Assembly: GCA_037446135.1 (NCBI GenBank) | Contig: JBBIJD010000019.1 | Location: 1 to 24,810 of the forward strand | Length of the DNA: 24,810 nt | Source of the DNA: Candidatus Fraserbacteria bacterium | GTDB lineage: Bacteria > Bipolaricaulota > Bipolaricaulia > RBG-16-55-9 > JANLFV01 | Reading direction: 5' to 3' | In this document: positions 14,914 to 23,732 of the stretch, piece by piece | Numbering within the stretch: position 1 is the first letter of the stretch | How the letters are laid out: every line of letters starts with the position of its first letter | Program-made: the position numbers and the translations under genes | Notes under the pieces: model-generated | The model's input: only the letters and a program-made list of their open reading frames with translations | Databases searched by the model: none | Told to the model about the DNA's origin: nothing

Positions 14914-16377
14914 CTAGAAGAGCGACCGAGCCGCCTCGAGCAGCCACTGGAGGAGCGGGGCGGGGTAGAGGCCGAGCAGGATTACTAGAGCGAAGGCTAG
15001 CACGACGGCCACGAATAGCCCCCCGTGGGGGACAAGCCGCTCTGGGTGAGGGTCAGCGGAAGTGGCCTGGAATGCCGGCGTCGGCCCCTCAAAATACATG
15101 GCCTTAATGACTCGGGCGTAGTAATAGAGTGAGAGTGCCGAGTTGAGCGCCCCAGCGGCGGCCAGCCAGATGAGCCAGCTCGGGCCTTTGAGCCCGGCCT
15201 CGACGGCGCTGGAGAACAAGACGAACTTGCTCTGGAACCCTGCGAGCGGGGGGACCCCCGCGAGCGAGAGGAGGAAGATCATTAGCGCCAGGGCCAAGAA
15301 CGGCTGGCGCCGAGCCAATCCCTGATAGGCCGAGAGGTCCTCGCCGCGCCCGCCGGCCGCGATAGCGGCTACAATCAAGAAGGCCCCGGCGGTCATCAAT
15401 GAGTGGGTGATCGCATGGAAGAGCCCGCCCGCCAGGCCGTAGGCCGTGGCCACAGGGAAAGCCATCAGGATATAGCCGGCCTGGGCGATCGAGGAGTAGG
15501 CCAACAGCCGCTTGACGCTCGTCTGGTTGAGCGCCAGGAGATTCCCCACGGTCATGGTCACGAAGGCGAGCAGGCCGAGGAGCCAGGCCCAATCAGCCCG
15601 AAATGCCATTAGGCCGACGAGAAAGATCTTCAATAGGGCGGCGAAACCCATCTTCTTCGAGCCGGTCGCTAAGAGCGCCGTGACCGGCGCGGGGGCGCCC
15701 TCGTAAGTGTCCGGCGCCCAGAGGTGGAACGGCACGGCCGTGATCTTGAACCCGAAGCCTGCCAGGACCAGGACCATCCCGGCCTTGAAGGCCAGTGCCA
15801 GCTCGGGCCGCTGGGCCTCTCGCGCCTGAGCCAGGGTGCGCAGGGCTGTCGTCCCGGTCACGCCGTATAGCAGGGAGATCCCATAGAGAGCGATCGCTGA
15901 GGAGAGCGCGCCGATGATAAAGAACTTCGTGGCCGCCTCGACTGAGCGCTCATCGCCCTTGGTGTAGCCCACTAAGGCATAGGTCGCCAAGCTGGAGAGC
16001 TCGAAGCTGATGAAGAGGACGATCAAGTCCGCCGCGCTGGCCACCGCCAGCATCCCGGCAGTGGCAAATAACAAGAGGGTGTAATACTCCTTTTTCCCCC
16101 GGGGTCGTTCAGCGGGGAGCACCACCTCAGCCTCCGAACCTAGCGTGACTAACAGCGCCATCGCCAGGAAGAGGGCCTGGAAGACTAGAGCAAAGCCATC
16201 GACCTCCACCGTCCCCGAGAAGGCTGGGCCGCGCGGGAGGAAGGGGAGTGAGGCGCTGGCCAGAAGGAGCCCCACGAGCGCCAGCTGCTGGGACCGCCTC
16301 CGAATGAAGAGCGAGGCAAGGGCCACCAGGACGGTGATCAGCTCGGGCAAGATCGCCCTCAAGTCCTGGGCGCTCAC
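14914..16377 (-). CDS. nuoN: Complex I-like antiporter subunit N
   Basis: About 14 TM; FELSSL, EAATKFF, GFKITAVPFHLWAPDTYEGAP, KRLLAYSSIAQAGY, SLAGVPPLAGFQSKF; GTGA overlap with nuoM. Confidence 0.95.
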   Translation of the reverse strand: MSAQDLRAILPELITVLVALASLFIRRRSQQLALVGLLLASASLPFLPRGPAFSGTVEVDGFALVFQALFLAMALLVTLGSEAEVVLPAERPRGKKEYYTLLLFATAGMLAVASAADLIVLFISFELSSLATYALVGYTKGDERSVEAATKFFIIGALSSAIALYGISLLYGVTGTTALRTLAQAREAQRPELALAFKAGMVLVLAGFGFKITAVPFHLWAPDTYEGAPAPVTALLATGSKKMGFAALLKIFLVGLMAFRADWAWLLGLLAFVTMTVGNLLALNQTSVKRLLAYSSIAQAGYILMAFPVATAYGLAGGLFHAITHSLMTAGAFLIVAAIAAGGRGEDLSAYQGLARRQPFLALALMIFLLSLAGVPPLAGFQSKFVLFSSAVEAGLKGPSWLIWLAAAGALNSALSLYYYARVIKAMYFEGPTPAFQATSADPHPERLVPHGGLFVAVVLAFALVILLGLYPAPLLQWLLEAARSLF

Positions 16378-17843
16378 GGTGTCCCTCCTAGGCCGAGCCC
16401 CGGGAGCACATTATTCAGGACAGCGGCATTGATCGCTCCCAGCCAGGGCCCAGGCCAGAGGCCGAAGAGGATGATCAAGGCCACTAAGGCAATCATCGGC
16501 CAGAACTCGTAGGCCCGGACATCCTGGGCCTGCTCCGCGATCGGTGAGAGTTTCCCGAAGATTGACCGCTCGAGCGCCCAGAGGTAGTAGCCGGCCGTCA
16601 GCACAATGGTGAGGATCGGCACCAAGACCCAGAGTCCAACCCCCAGATAAGCGGCCAGGAAGACCCCGAACTCGGCGGGGAACTGGGCCATCCCTGGGAG
16701 GCCGAGCGAGGCCAAGGCCCCAGCAGTGAGGATGAACCCGGCCTGCGGTGCGCGGAGCGCGAGGCCCCCGAGCTGAGCGATCTCGCGCGTCCCCGCGCCA
16801 TGCTGGATCGCGCCAGTGGCCATGAAGAGGAGCGGTGAGATCAGCCCGTGGGCGAACATCATGAAGATCGCACTAGCGAGGCCGGCCTGACTGAGGAGTG
16901 CGATGCCCAAGAGAACAACCCCCATGTGGCTGATACTGGAATAGGCGACCAATCTCTTCAGGTCCTGCTGGGCCAGGCAGACGAGCGCGCCGTATAGAAT
17001 GCTCAAGATCCCCATCACGAGCATGATCGGCCCGAAGAATCGCGCCCCCTCGGGCAAGAGCGGGAGCGCCACCCGGATCAAGCCGTAGGAGCCCATCTTG
17101 AGTAAGACCCCGGCGAGCAGGGCCGACCCGCCGGTGGGGGCCTCGACATGCGCGTCGGGTAGCCAGGTGTGGAACGGGACCTGGGGCATCTTCACGACAA
17201 AGCCCAGGAAGAGTGCGGCGAAGACGAGGACCTGGAAGAGCTGTGAGGTCTGGGGCGCGCCAGCGGCGATCCTCTCTAAGTCGAAGGAATGGGCCCCCGC
17301 CCCGAAATAGAGGGCCATGATCCCTACCAACATGATCACGCTCGCGGAGAAGGTGTAGACAAAGAACTTGATCGCGGCGTAGGCCCGCCGCGGCCCGCCC
17401 CAGCCGTGGATCAGAAGATACATGGGGACAAGGACCAGCTCCCAGAAGACATAGAAGAGGAAGAGATCGAGGGCCACAAAGACCCCGAGCAGGGCGAACT
17501 CGAGGAGCAGAAATAGGGCGAAGTAGCTCCGCGTGCGGGAGTCCCGGGAGTAGAGAAAGACCAGGAAGGTTAATAGCGTCGTCAGCCAGACCATCGGCAG
17601 GCTGATCCCGTCGAGGCCGACTTTGTAAGAGATGCCGATGGCTGGGATCCAGGTCTGCTGCTCCAGGAACTGATAGCCTGCCCGGCCGGGGTCGAGGAGG
17701 AAGGCCAAGGCCGTAGCGAGCGCGAAAGGCCCGAAGGCGAACGCCAGGGCGACGAGCCTCATCGTCCTTTCATCGCGGACGGCCCAGACGATCAGGCTCC
17801 CGACCAGAGGGACGAGCAGGAGCCAGGAGAGCACTGACCTCAC
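16374..17843 (-). CDS. nuoM: Complex I-like antiporter subunit M
   Basis: GLDGISL, FYVFWELVLVPMY, KMPQVPFHTWLPDAHVEAPT, LLKMGSYG, KRLVAYSSISHMG, LPGMAQFPAEF; GTGA overlap with nuoL. Confidence 0.95.
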   Translation of the reverse strand: MRSVLSWLLLVPLVGSLIVWAVRDERTMRLVALAFAFGPFALATALAFLLDPGRAGYQFLEQQTWIPAIGISYKVGLDGISLPMVWLTTLLTFLVFLYSRDSRTRSYFALFLLLEFALLGVFVALDLFLFYVFWELVLVPMYLLIHGWGGPRRAYAAIKFFVYTFSASVIMLVGIMALYFGAGAHSFDLERIAAGAPQTSQLFQVLVFAALFLGFVVKMPQVPFHTWLPDAHVEAPTGGSALLAGVLLKMGSYGLIRVALPLLPEGARFFGPIMLVMGILSILYGALVCLAQQDLKRLVAYSSISHMGVVLLGIALLSQAGLASAIFMMFAHGLISPLLFMATGAIQHGAGTREIAQLGGLALRAPQAGFILTAGALASLGLPGMAQFPAEFGVFLAAYLGVGLWVLVPILTIVLTAGYYLWALERSIFGKLSPIAEQAQDVRAYEFWPMIALVALIILFGLWPGPWLGAINAAVLNNVLPGLGLGGTP

Positions 17844-19762
17844 CTCCAGATCACATAGATGAGCAAGAAGAGCGCGACGCCGGCCAAGATCCAGCTAGCG
17901 TAATCATTTATCGAGCCCGTGACTGTCCGACGGAGCCGCTGGCCGAGCCCGACGCTCGCCCGGCCGATCCCATTAATGAGGCCGTCGACGACAGCCTGGT
18001 CGAAGCGATCGAGCAGCCGGGCGAATCCCACCGTGACCCTCCGGGCGAGTGTGATCGCGGCCCGGTCCAGGTAATAACGCTCGAGCAGCAGCCGGTAGAC
18101 CGACCCCCCAAGGGCTGTCCGGTAGCGCGCGAGGTCTAGCCCGCGATGATAGAGGAGATACGCGATGGCCAGGCCCGCCAGGGCCAGCCCGCTCGAGAGG
18201 ATCGTCCAGGGGTTGGCGAAGGTCTGGGCGAGGAGTTCCCTAGCAGGCATGAGATGTGGCTCGCCGAGAGAGATATATCGCCTGAGGCCAGCGGAGCTAA
18301 GGAAGCCTGAGCTGAGAGCGAACAGGCTCAAGATCACTAGGGGCCAGGCCATTAAGGGAGGGGCCTCGTGAGGCCGGGCGCCCTCGGGCCAGCGTGGCCG
18401 GCCGGCGAAGGCCAAGAACCATAGGCGGAACATGTAGAAGGAGGTGAGGAAGACTGTGGCGAACCCCAAGAGCCAGGCCGTGAGCAGCGCCGGATGGCCG
18501 CCGGAGAAGGCCGCGGCTAGGATCTCGTCCTTGCTCCAGAAGCCGCTCATCGGGGGGATCCCGGCGTTGGCGAGCGCCCCGATGAGCATCGCCGTCCCCG
18601 TGAGCTTCAGCTTCGGCCAGAGGGCGCCCATCCTCCTCAAGTCGGTCGAGTCACTCATGGCGTGCATCACCGCCCCGGCCCCGAGGAAGAGAAGGGCCTT
18701 AAAGAAGGCATGGTTCAGCAGATGGAGTAGCCCGGCCGCATAGCCCGCCCCCTCCTGGGTCGTCAAGGCCTGGGCGAAGCCGCCGGCCCCCAGGCCGAGG
18801 AACATATAGCCGAGCTGGGAGATGGTCGAGTAAGCGAGCACGCGCTTCATATCGGTGTTGACCGTGGCCAAGGTCGCGGCGAAGAGGGCGGTGAACCCCC
18901 CGAGCAGGGCGATCACGAGCAGGTCCACGGGCGCGCGGATGAGCAGGGGCATCGTCCGGGCCACGAGATAGACCCCGGCATTGACCATCGTTGCCGCATG
19001 GATCAGCGCGGAGACGGTCGTGGGGCCCTCCATAGCATCGGGGAGCCAGAGGTGCAGTGGGAACTGGGCCGACTTGCCCATGGCCCCGGCGAAGAAGAAT
19101 AAGGTCCCCAGCCCCAAGAGCCAGGGCCGCTGAGGCGACACCTGCAAACTGAAGAGCTCGGCAAAGCTCAGGGTCTTGAAGTCGATCAAAAAGAGGAGCA
19201 GGCCGACGAGGAAGAAGAGGTCCCCGAGGCGTGTCACCAGGAAGGCCTTAATGGCCGCGGCTGCGGCGGCTGGTCGCTCATACCAGAAGCCGATCAGTAG
19301 ATATGAGCAGAGGCCGACCAACTCCCAGAAGAGGTAGAGCATAAGGTAGTTGTCGGCCAGGACCAGCCCGAGCATCGAGCCGAGGAAGAGGCTCATCTCG
19401 GCATAGTAGCGTCGGAGGCGTGGGCCTTCTCGGTGCATGTAAGCGATAGAGTAGATGAGCACGAGAAAGCTCACGAGGCTCACGACGATCAGCAGGAGCG
19501 CTGTGAGCTGGTCGAGGTAGATGCCCAAGCGGAGCTGGAGCTGGCCGATCGCGAACCAGCCGAAGCTCGAGGTGAATGGCTCCCTGAGCTGGAGCCCGTT
19601 CCAGGCGATGGGGACAGCGAGGCTGAGGGAGAGCCCGCCGGCCGCGACCGCCAGCCAGCCGCCCCGCTCGGCCAGCCACCGGCCGAAGAGGGCGATCAGC
19701 AGGGCCGCCCCCAGCGGGAGGAGCGGGATGAGCCAGGCAAGCTCAAAAGGCACACTGCTCAT
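17840..19762 (-). CDS. nuoL: Complex I-like antiporter subunit L
   Basis: FWELVGLCSYLLIGFWY, GKSAQFPLHLWLPDAMEGPTTVSALIHAATMV, KRVLAYSTISQLGYM, HAFFKALLFLGAG, GFWSKDEIL; lateral helix and final TM. Confidence 0.96.
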   Translation of the reverse strand: MSSVPFELAWLIPLLPLGAALLIALFGRWLAERGGWLAVAAGGLSLSLAVPIAWNGLQLREPFTSSFGWFAIGQLQLRLGIYLDQLTALLLIVVSLVSFLVLIYSIAYMHREGPRLRRYYAEMSLFLGSMLGLVLADNYLMLYLFWELVGLCSYLLIGFWYERPAAAAAAIKAFLVTRLGDLFFLVGLLLFLIDFKTLSFAELFSLQVSPQRPWLLGLGTLFFFAGAMGKSAQFPLHLWLPDAMEGPTTVSALIHAATMVNAGVYLVARTMPLLIRAPVDLLVIALLGGFTALFAATLATVNTDMKRVLAYSTISQLGYMFLGLGAGGFAQALTTQEGAGYAAGLLHLLNHAFFKALLFLGAGAVMHAMSDSTDLRRMGALWPKLKLTGTAMLIGALANAGIPPMSGFWSKDEILAAAFSGGHPALLTAWLLGFATVFLTSFYMFRLWFLAFAGRPRWPEGARPHEAPPLMAWPLVILSLFALSSGFLSSAGLRRYISLGEPHLMPARELLAQTFANPWTILSSGLALAGLAIAYLLYHRGLDLARYRTALGGSVYRLLLERYYLDRAAITLARRVTVGFARLLDRFDQAVVDGLINGIGRASVGLGQRLRRTVTGSINDYASWILAGVALFLLIYVIWR

Positions 19763-19772
19763 GTATGTATGT

Positions 19773-20081
19773 TCAACCTTTCAGCGATCTTAGCCAGTCT
19801 ACATCGATCCGCCGCTTCAGCCGGAAGAGGGCGATGAGAATCGAGAGGCCGACCGCCGCCTCGGCCACCGCCAGGCCGATGGAGAACATCGCCATGACAT
19901 ACCCCAGGGCATCCCGGTGGTAAGCTGCGAACGCCACTAGGTTGAGATTGGCCGAATTCAAGAGGATTTCGATGCACATGAGGATTTTGATCCCGTTCCG
20001 AGAGATGAGCAGCCCATAGGCCCCCAGGACAAACAGGACGGCACTGAGCCCGAGGTAGGCCGCAAGGGGAAATGTGGTCAT
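19773..20081 (-). CDS. nuoK: Complex I-like subunit K
   Basis: 3 TM; MCIEILLNSANLNLVAF and AVAEAAVGL, so both conserved Glu residues are present; ATGA overlap. Confidence 0.94.
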   Translation of the reverse strand: MTTFPLAAYLGLSAVLFVLGAYGLLISRNGIKILMCIEILLNSANLNLVAFAAYHRDALGYVMAMFSIGLAVAEAAVGLSILIALFRLKRRIDVDWLRSLKG

Positions 20082-20314
20082 GGCCTGGGTCCCTCCTTCC
20101 GGGCGAGCAGGAGCGCCCCGATCAACGCCGCGAGCAAGAGGACCGCCAGGATCTCAAAAGCTAGCGCGTAGCGCCCGAAGAGGGCCTCATTGATGGCCGC
20201 GAAGCTCTCGAGCCCGGTCGGGCCGCCCGGCCAAGGGGCGATGAGCATGGCCAGGAGGAGGCAGAGCAAGAGAGTCGCGATCGCCAGCCGGAGCAGCCCC
20301 CTTATGTCATTCAT
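20078..20314 (-). CDS. nuoJ: Complex I-like subunit J, C-terminal half (J2)
   Basis: Two TM helices with the NuoJ C-terminal motif LFGRYALAFEILAVLLLAALIGALLLAR; its own SD GAGGAGG and an ATGA overlap with J1. Confidence 0.85.
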   Translation of the reverse strand: MNDIRGLLRLAIATLLLCLLLAMLIAPWPGGPTGLESFAAINEALFGRYALAFEILAVLLLAALIGALLLARKEGPRP

Positions 20315-20547
20315 GAGCCCTCCTCCCGCGCGAGCATGATGGCAAAGAGGATCAGTGTGATCACCGCGCCCGCGTAGATCAGGACCTGGATGGCCGCGAG
20401 GAACTGGGCTCCGAGCGTGAGGAAGACCGCCGCGACCGCGACCAGCAGCCCGGCGAGCCAGAGCGCGGCATAGGCCAGTCTCTTGCTCCGCAAGACCATC
20501 ACGGCGCAGACGACGGCGATTAGCCCCACTAGGATAAAGATGATCAA
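20311..20547 (-). CDS. nuoJ: Complex I-like subunit J, N-terminal half (J1)
   Basis: Three TM helices with LGAQFLAAIQVLIYAGAVITLILFAIML. TTG start at 20547 overlaps the nuoI TGA and lies 6 nt after GGAGG. Confidence 0.85.
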   Translation of the reverse strand: MIIFILVGLIAVVCAVMVLRSKRLAYAALWLAGLLVAVAAVFLTLGAQFLAAIQVLIYAGAVITLILFAIMLAREEGS

Positions 20548-21005
20548 CCCTCGCCTCCTCGGGCTTGGGCCGTCAACTCCTCCTCGCTTTGGGCCAGCAT
20601 CTCCGGGGTGTAGATGAAATGCTCCCGGTCGCAGCGGGCCAACTCGAACGCGGGGCTGTGCCGGATCGCCCCGGCAGGGCAGATATCCGAGCACCAGCCG
20701 CAGTAGGTGCACATGGCGATATCCACCTGAGGGAAGAGGAGGTGATCGCGCTTCTGGGCTGTCTCGATCTGCTCCGTCTTCTCTCGGCGGACCATTTGCA
20801 ATGCCCCGTTGGGGCAGACCTGAGAGCAGAGGGTGCAGCCGAGACAGGTCTTCAGATTGAGCCAGAGTCGCCCGCGGAATCGCTCAGGCAAGGCCGAACG
20901 CTCCTCGGGATACCGAACGGTCACCGCCCGCCGGAAGAAGTTCCTCAAGGTCACGCCCATCCCGCGCAGCACTCCGAGCAGAGGCCAGTGGACTCTCATC
21001 ATCAT
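20544..21005 (-). CDS. nuoI: Complex I-like 2x[4Fe-4S] subunit I
   Basis: TVRYPEE, RFRG, CLGCTLCSQVCP and CTYCGWCSDICP ferredoxin motifs. Confidence 0.94.
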   Translation of the reverse strand: MMMRVHWPLLGVLRGMGVTLRNFFRRAVTVRYPEERSALPERFRGRLWLNLKTCLGCTLCSQVCPNGALQMVRREKTEQIETAQKRDHLLFPQVDIAMCTYCGWCSDICPAGAIRHSPAFELARCDREHFIYTPEMLAQSEEELTAQARGGEG

Positions 21006-21985
21006 CAGAGCACCCCCGTCGCCACTAAGATCGCTGTCAGCCCCAAGTTCGCCAGTGATAAGGGGAAGAGCAGTTTCCAGTTCAGATTCAAGAATTGGTC
21101 GATCCGCACCCTTGGCAAGCTGTTCCAGGCCCAGAAGACGAGGAAGATGAGCAGCCCTGCCTTGAGGAAGAACCAGATGAACGAGAGGGCCGGTGGGAGG
21201 TCGAGCCCGAATGGTCCGAGCCAGCCGCCGAAGTAGAGCGTGACTGCCAGAGCAGCGATAAAGAAGACATTGGCGAACATCGTCAAGAAGAAGAAGGCGA
21301 ACCTCATCCCGCTGTATTCCGTGACATAGCCGGCCACAAGCTCACTCTCCGCCTCGGGGAGGTCGAATGGGAGGACCCCGACCTTCCCGATCAGCGTGAG
21401 GAGGAAGACGAACAGGCCCAGCAATTGGGGCAGGAAGAACCACAGCCCGCGCTGGGCCTCGACGATCTCGCGGGTGCTGCTGCTCCCGGCCAGGATCATC
21501 ACCGCTAAGGCCGAGAGGAGGAGGGGGACCTCATAGGCCACATCCATCGCGCCGGCCCGCAGGGCGCCGATCAGTGAATAGCTGTTGTTCGAGGCCCAGC
21601 CGGCGACCAGCTCTCCCAGAGGGGTAAGAGCGGCCAGAGCGAAGATCAGGAGGAGCCCCACCCGGACATCGGTGAGGATCAACCCTTCACCGAAGGGGAG
21701 TGGAGAGAAGGCCAGGACCGCCGGGACGAAGGTCAGGTAGGGCGCGAGACGGAAGCCCCACCGCTCGGCCCTTGCGGGAATGACATCTTCTTTGGCTACG
21801 AGCTTGACCCCATCGGCGAGAAATTGGAGGACCCCGAAGGGGCCGACGCGGTTCGGGCCGAGCCGCTGGCCGAAGTCGGCAAAGAGCTTCCGGAAGACAT
21901 AGGTGAGGACCCCGCCGCTCCCGGCGACGAACAGGAGCAGTCCCAGCGCCCCGACCGCGTAGATCAGCCCCGAAGTCCAGCTCAT
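21005..21985 (-). CDS. nuoH: Complex I-like subunit H
   Basis: RLGPNRVGPFGVLQFLADGVKLVAKE, GWASNNSYSLIGALR, PFDLPEAESELVAGYVTEYSG, PRVRIDQ; SD GGAGG. Confidence 0.96.
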   Translation of the reverse strand: MSWTSGLIYAVGALGLLLFVAGSGGVLTYVFRKLFADFGQRLGPNRVGPFGVLQFLADGVKLVAKEDVIPARAERWGFRLAPYLTFVPAVLAFSPLPFGEGLILTDVRVGLLLIFALAALTPLGELVAGWASNNSYSLIGALRAGAMDVAYEVPLLLSALAVMILAGSSSTREIVEAQRGLWFFLPQLLGLFVFLLTLIGKVGVLPFDLPEAESELVAGYVTEYSGMRFAFFFLTMFANVFFIAALAVTLYFGGWLGPFGLDLPPALSFIWFFLKAGLLIFLVFWAWNSLPRVRIDQFLNLNWKLLFPLSLANLGLTAILVATGVL

Positions 21986-22024
21986 CTTGAGCCTCCCCTC
22001 GCCGCCCTCACCTTATTATGAGCT

Positions 22025-22049
22025 TCCCTCTCCCGCCCAGCGAGAGGGA
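22025..22049. other. Intergenic inverted repeat (8-bp stem, 9-nt loop) between nuoD and nuoH
   Basis: TCCCTCTC (22025-22032) pairs with GAGAGGGA (22042-22049). There is no U-tract on either side. Confidence 0.55.
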
Positions 22050-22065
22050 TGGAGGACGAGAGTCC

Positions 22066-23208
22066 TCAGCGATCGACACAACCCATCACCAGGTCAAAGC
22101 TCCCATTGATCGCTACCAAGTCCGCCAGGAGCTGGCCACGGAAGAGCTCCGCCATCACCGCGAGGTGCTGGAAGCAGGGCGAACGGAGCTTCACCCGGTA
22201 GGGCGAGGGCGTGCCGTCGCCCACCAGGTAGATCCCGATCTCACCCCGCGGCCCCTCAATGCGCGTGTAGTGCTCTCCTTCCGGCTTCGCCAGGAGGTGG
22301 GCCGCCCGCTTCTCCCAGCCCTGGGCAATGATCGGCCCCTCGGGTAGTTCCCTCAATAGCTGCCGGACCATCCTCACCGATTGACGGATCTCCTCCAGAC
22401 GAACAGCAAAGCGGGCGTAGCAGTCCCCCTCCGTCCGCACGGGCACAGCGAAAGAGAGCCCGGGATAGGCGAAATAAGGCTCATCCCGGCGCAGATCGAA
22501 GTCCAGTCCACTCGCCCGGGCGTTCGGGCCGGTCACACCCCAGTCCACGGCCATCCCCTTCGTCAGCACCCCTACCCCCTTCGTCCGCATGAGGAAAGTG
22601 TCACTCGTCGCGAGGAACTCCTCATACTCGTCCACCTTCCGCTCGAGCTCGTTACAGGCGCTCTGCACCCTCTCCGTGAAGCCTTGGGGGAGATCGAGCT
22701 TCACTCCGCCGAAGCGGAAATAATTATGGTGGAGCCTCGCGCCGGTCAACTCCTGGAAGAGGCCGAGGAGGAGCTCCCTCTCACGGAACCCATACCAGAA
22801 GGCATTGAGCGCCCCCAGGTCCAGCCCGAAGGTCCCCAGCCAGAGGAGATGGCTCTGGATCCGGTCCAGCTCGAGACAGATTGTGCGGATAAATTGGGCT
22901 CGGGGCGGGGGCTCGAGCCCCAAGAGTTCCTCGACAGCCCGGACATAGGCCGCCTCGTAGGCGAAGGTCGAGACATAGTCTGCTCGGTTGCAGATCATGA
23001 TGAACTGCGGATAGCGGCCTAGCTCGGCCAACTTCTCGAAGCCGCGATGGAGCTGGCCGATGACCGGCTCGACCTGGCGCACGATCTCCCCGTCAAGCAG
23101 GAGCTTCAGCCTCAGGACCCCATGAGTGCTAGGGTGTTGCGGCCCCATGTTGAGGGCGATCAACTGCCCCTCGTCCGCCCTCTCGCCATTCGTCGGTAGA
23201 TAGCTCAT
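22066..23208 (-). CDS. nuoD: Complex I-like quinone-binding subunit D
   Basis: LNMGPQHPSTHGVLRL, LHRGFEK, RADY, ELDRIQSHL, TGARL, GDCYAR, EGPRGEIG, C-terminal DLVMGCVDR. Start at ATG 23208 after GGTGAGG. Confidence 0.95.
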   Translation of the reverse strand: MSYLPTNGERADEGQLIALNMGPQHPSTHGVLRLKLLLDGEIVRQVEPVIGQLHRGFEKLAELGRYPQFIMICNRADYVSTFAYEAAYVRAVEELLGLEPPPRAQFIRTICLELDRIQSHLLWLGTFGLDLGALNAFWYGFRERELLLGLFQELTGARLHHNYFRFGGVKLDLPQGFTERVQSACNELERKVDEYEEFLATSDTFLMRTKGVGVLTKGMAVDWGVTGPNARASGLDFDLRRDEPYFAYPGLSFAVPVRTEGDCYARFAVRLEEIRQSVRMVRQLLRELPEGPIIAQGWEKRAAHLLAKPEGEHYTRIEGPRGEIGIYLVGDGTPSPYRVKLRSPCFQHLAVMAELFRGQLLADLVAINGSFDLVMGCVDR

Positions 23209-23213
23209 GGGCC

Positions 23214-23732
23214 TCACCATCCTCGGGTCTGGTCGAAGCTGACTAGGTCCTCGCCCTGTGGCCCCTTGCTGACGAACTGCTCTTGCGCCATATCGTAGTC
23301 CTTCCGCAGGGGATGGCCGGACCACGGCTCCGGGAGCAAGATCCGCTTCAGGTCAGGGTGGCCGACGAAGCGGATCCCCATCAGGTCGTAGGCCTCCCGC
23401 TCGAGGAAGAGTGCGGCCTTCCAGACCCCTGCGACGGAGGGGAGGAGGGGAGCCTCTCGCGGGCAGCGGACTTTGAGGACGAGGTGCGCTCGCGCGGCGT
23501 AGGAATAAAGATTGTAGATGACCTCGAAGTAGCCATGTTGGGGATAGTCCACCGCGGTGAGGCAAGCGAGGTGGTCGAAGCCTAGCTCCTTCGCGGCCTG
23601 ACAGAGGGGGAGGAGGGCCTCTTGCCGGAGGCGGAGGAAGGGCTTATCCTTCAGTGAGCCGGCCTCTTCAATAGCTCCGGCGAATCTCCTGCTCAACTCT
23701 CCTAGAGCTTCGTGACCCTGAACCTGAGCCAT
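23214..23732 (-). CDS. nuoC: Complex I-like subunit C
   Basis: LTAVDY, FEVIYNLYS, PSVAGVWKAALFLEREAYDLMGIRFVGHPDLKRILL, GHPLRKDY; TGATG coupling to nuoB. Confidence 0.95.
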   Translation of the reverse strand: MAQVQGHEALGELSRRFAGAIEEAGSLKDKPFLRLRQEALLPLCQAAKELGFDHLACLTAVDYPQHGYFEVIYNLYSYAARAHLVLKVRCPREAPLLPSVAGVWKAALFLEREAYDLMGIRFVGHPDLKRILLPEPWSGHPLRKDYDMAQEQFVSKGPQGEDLVSFDQTRGW

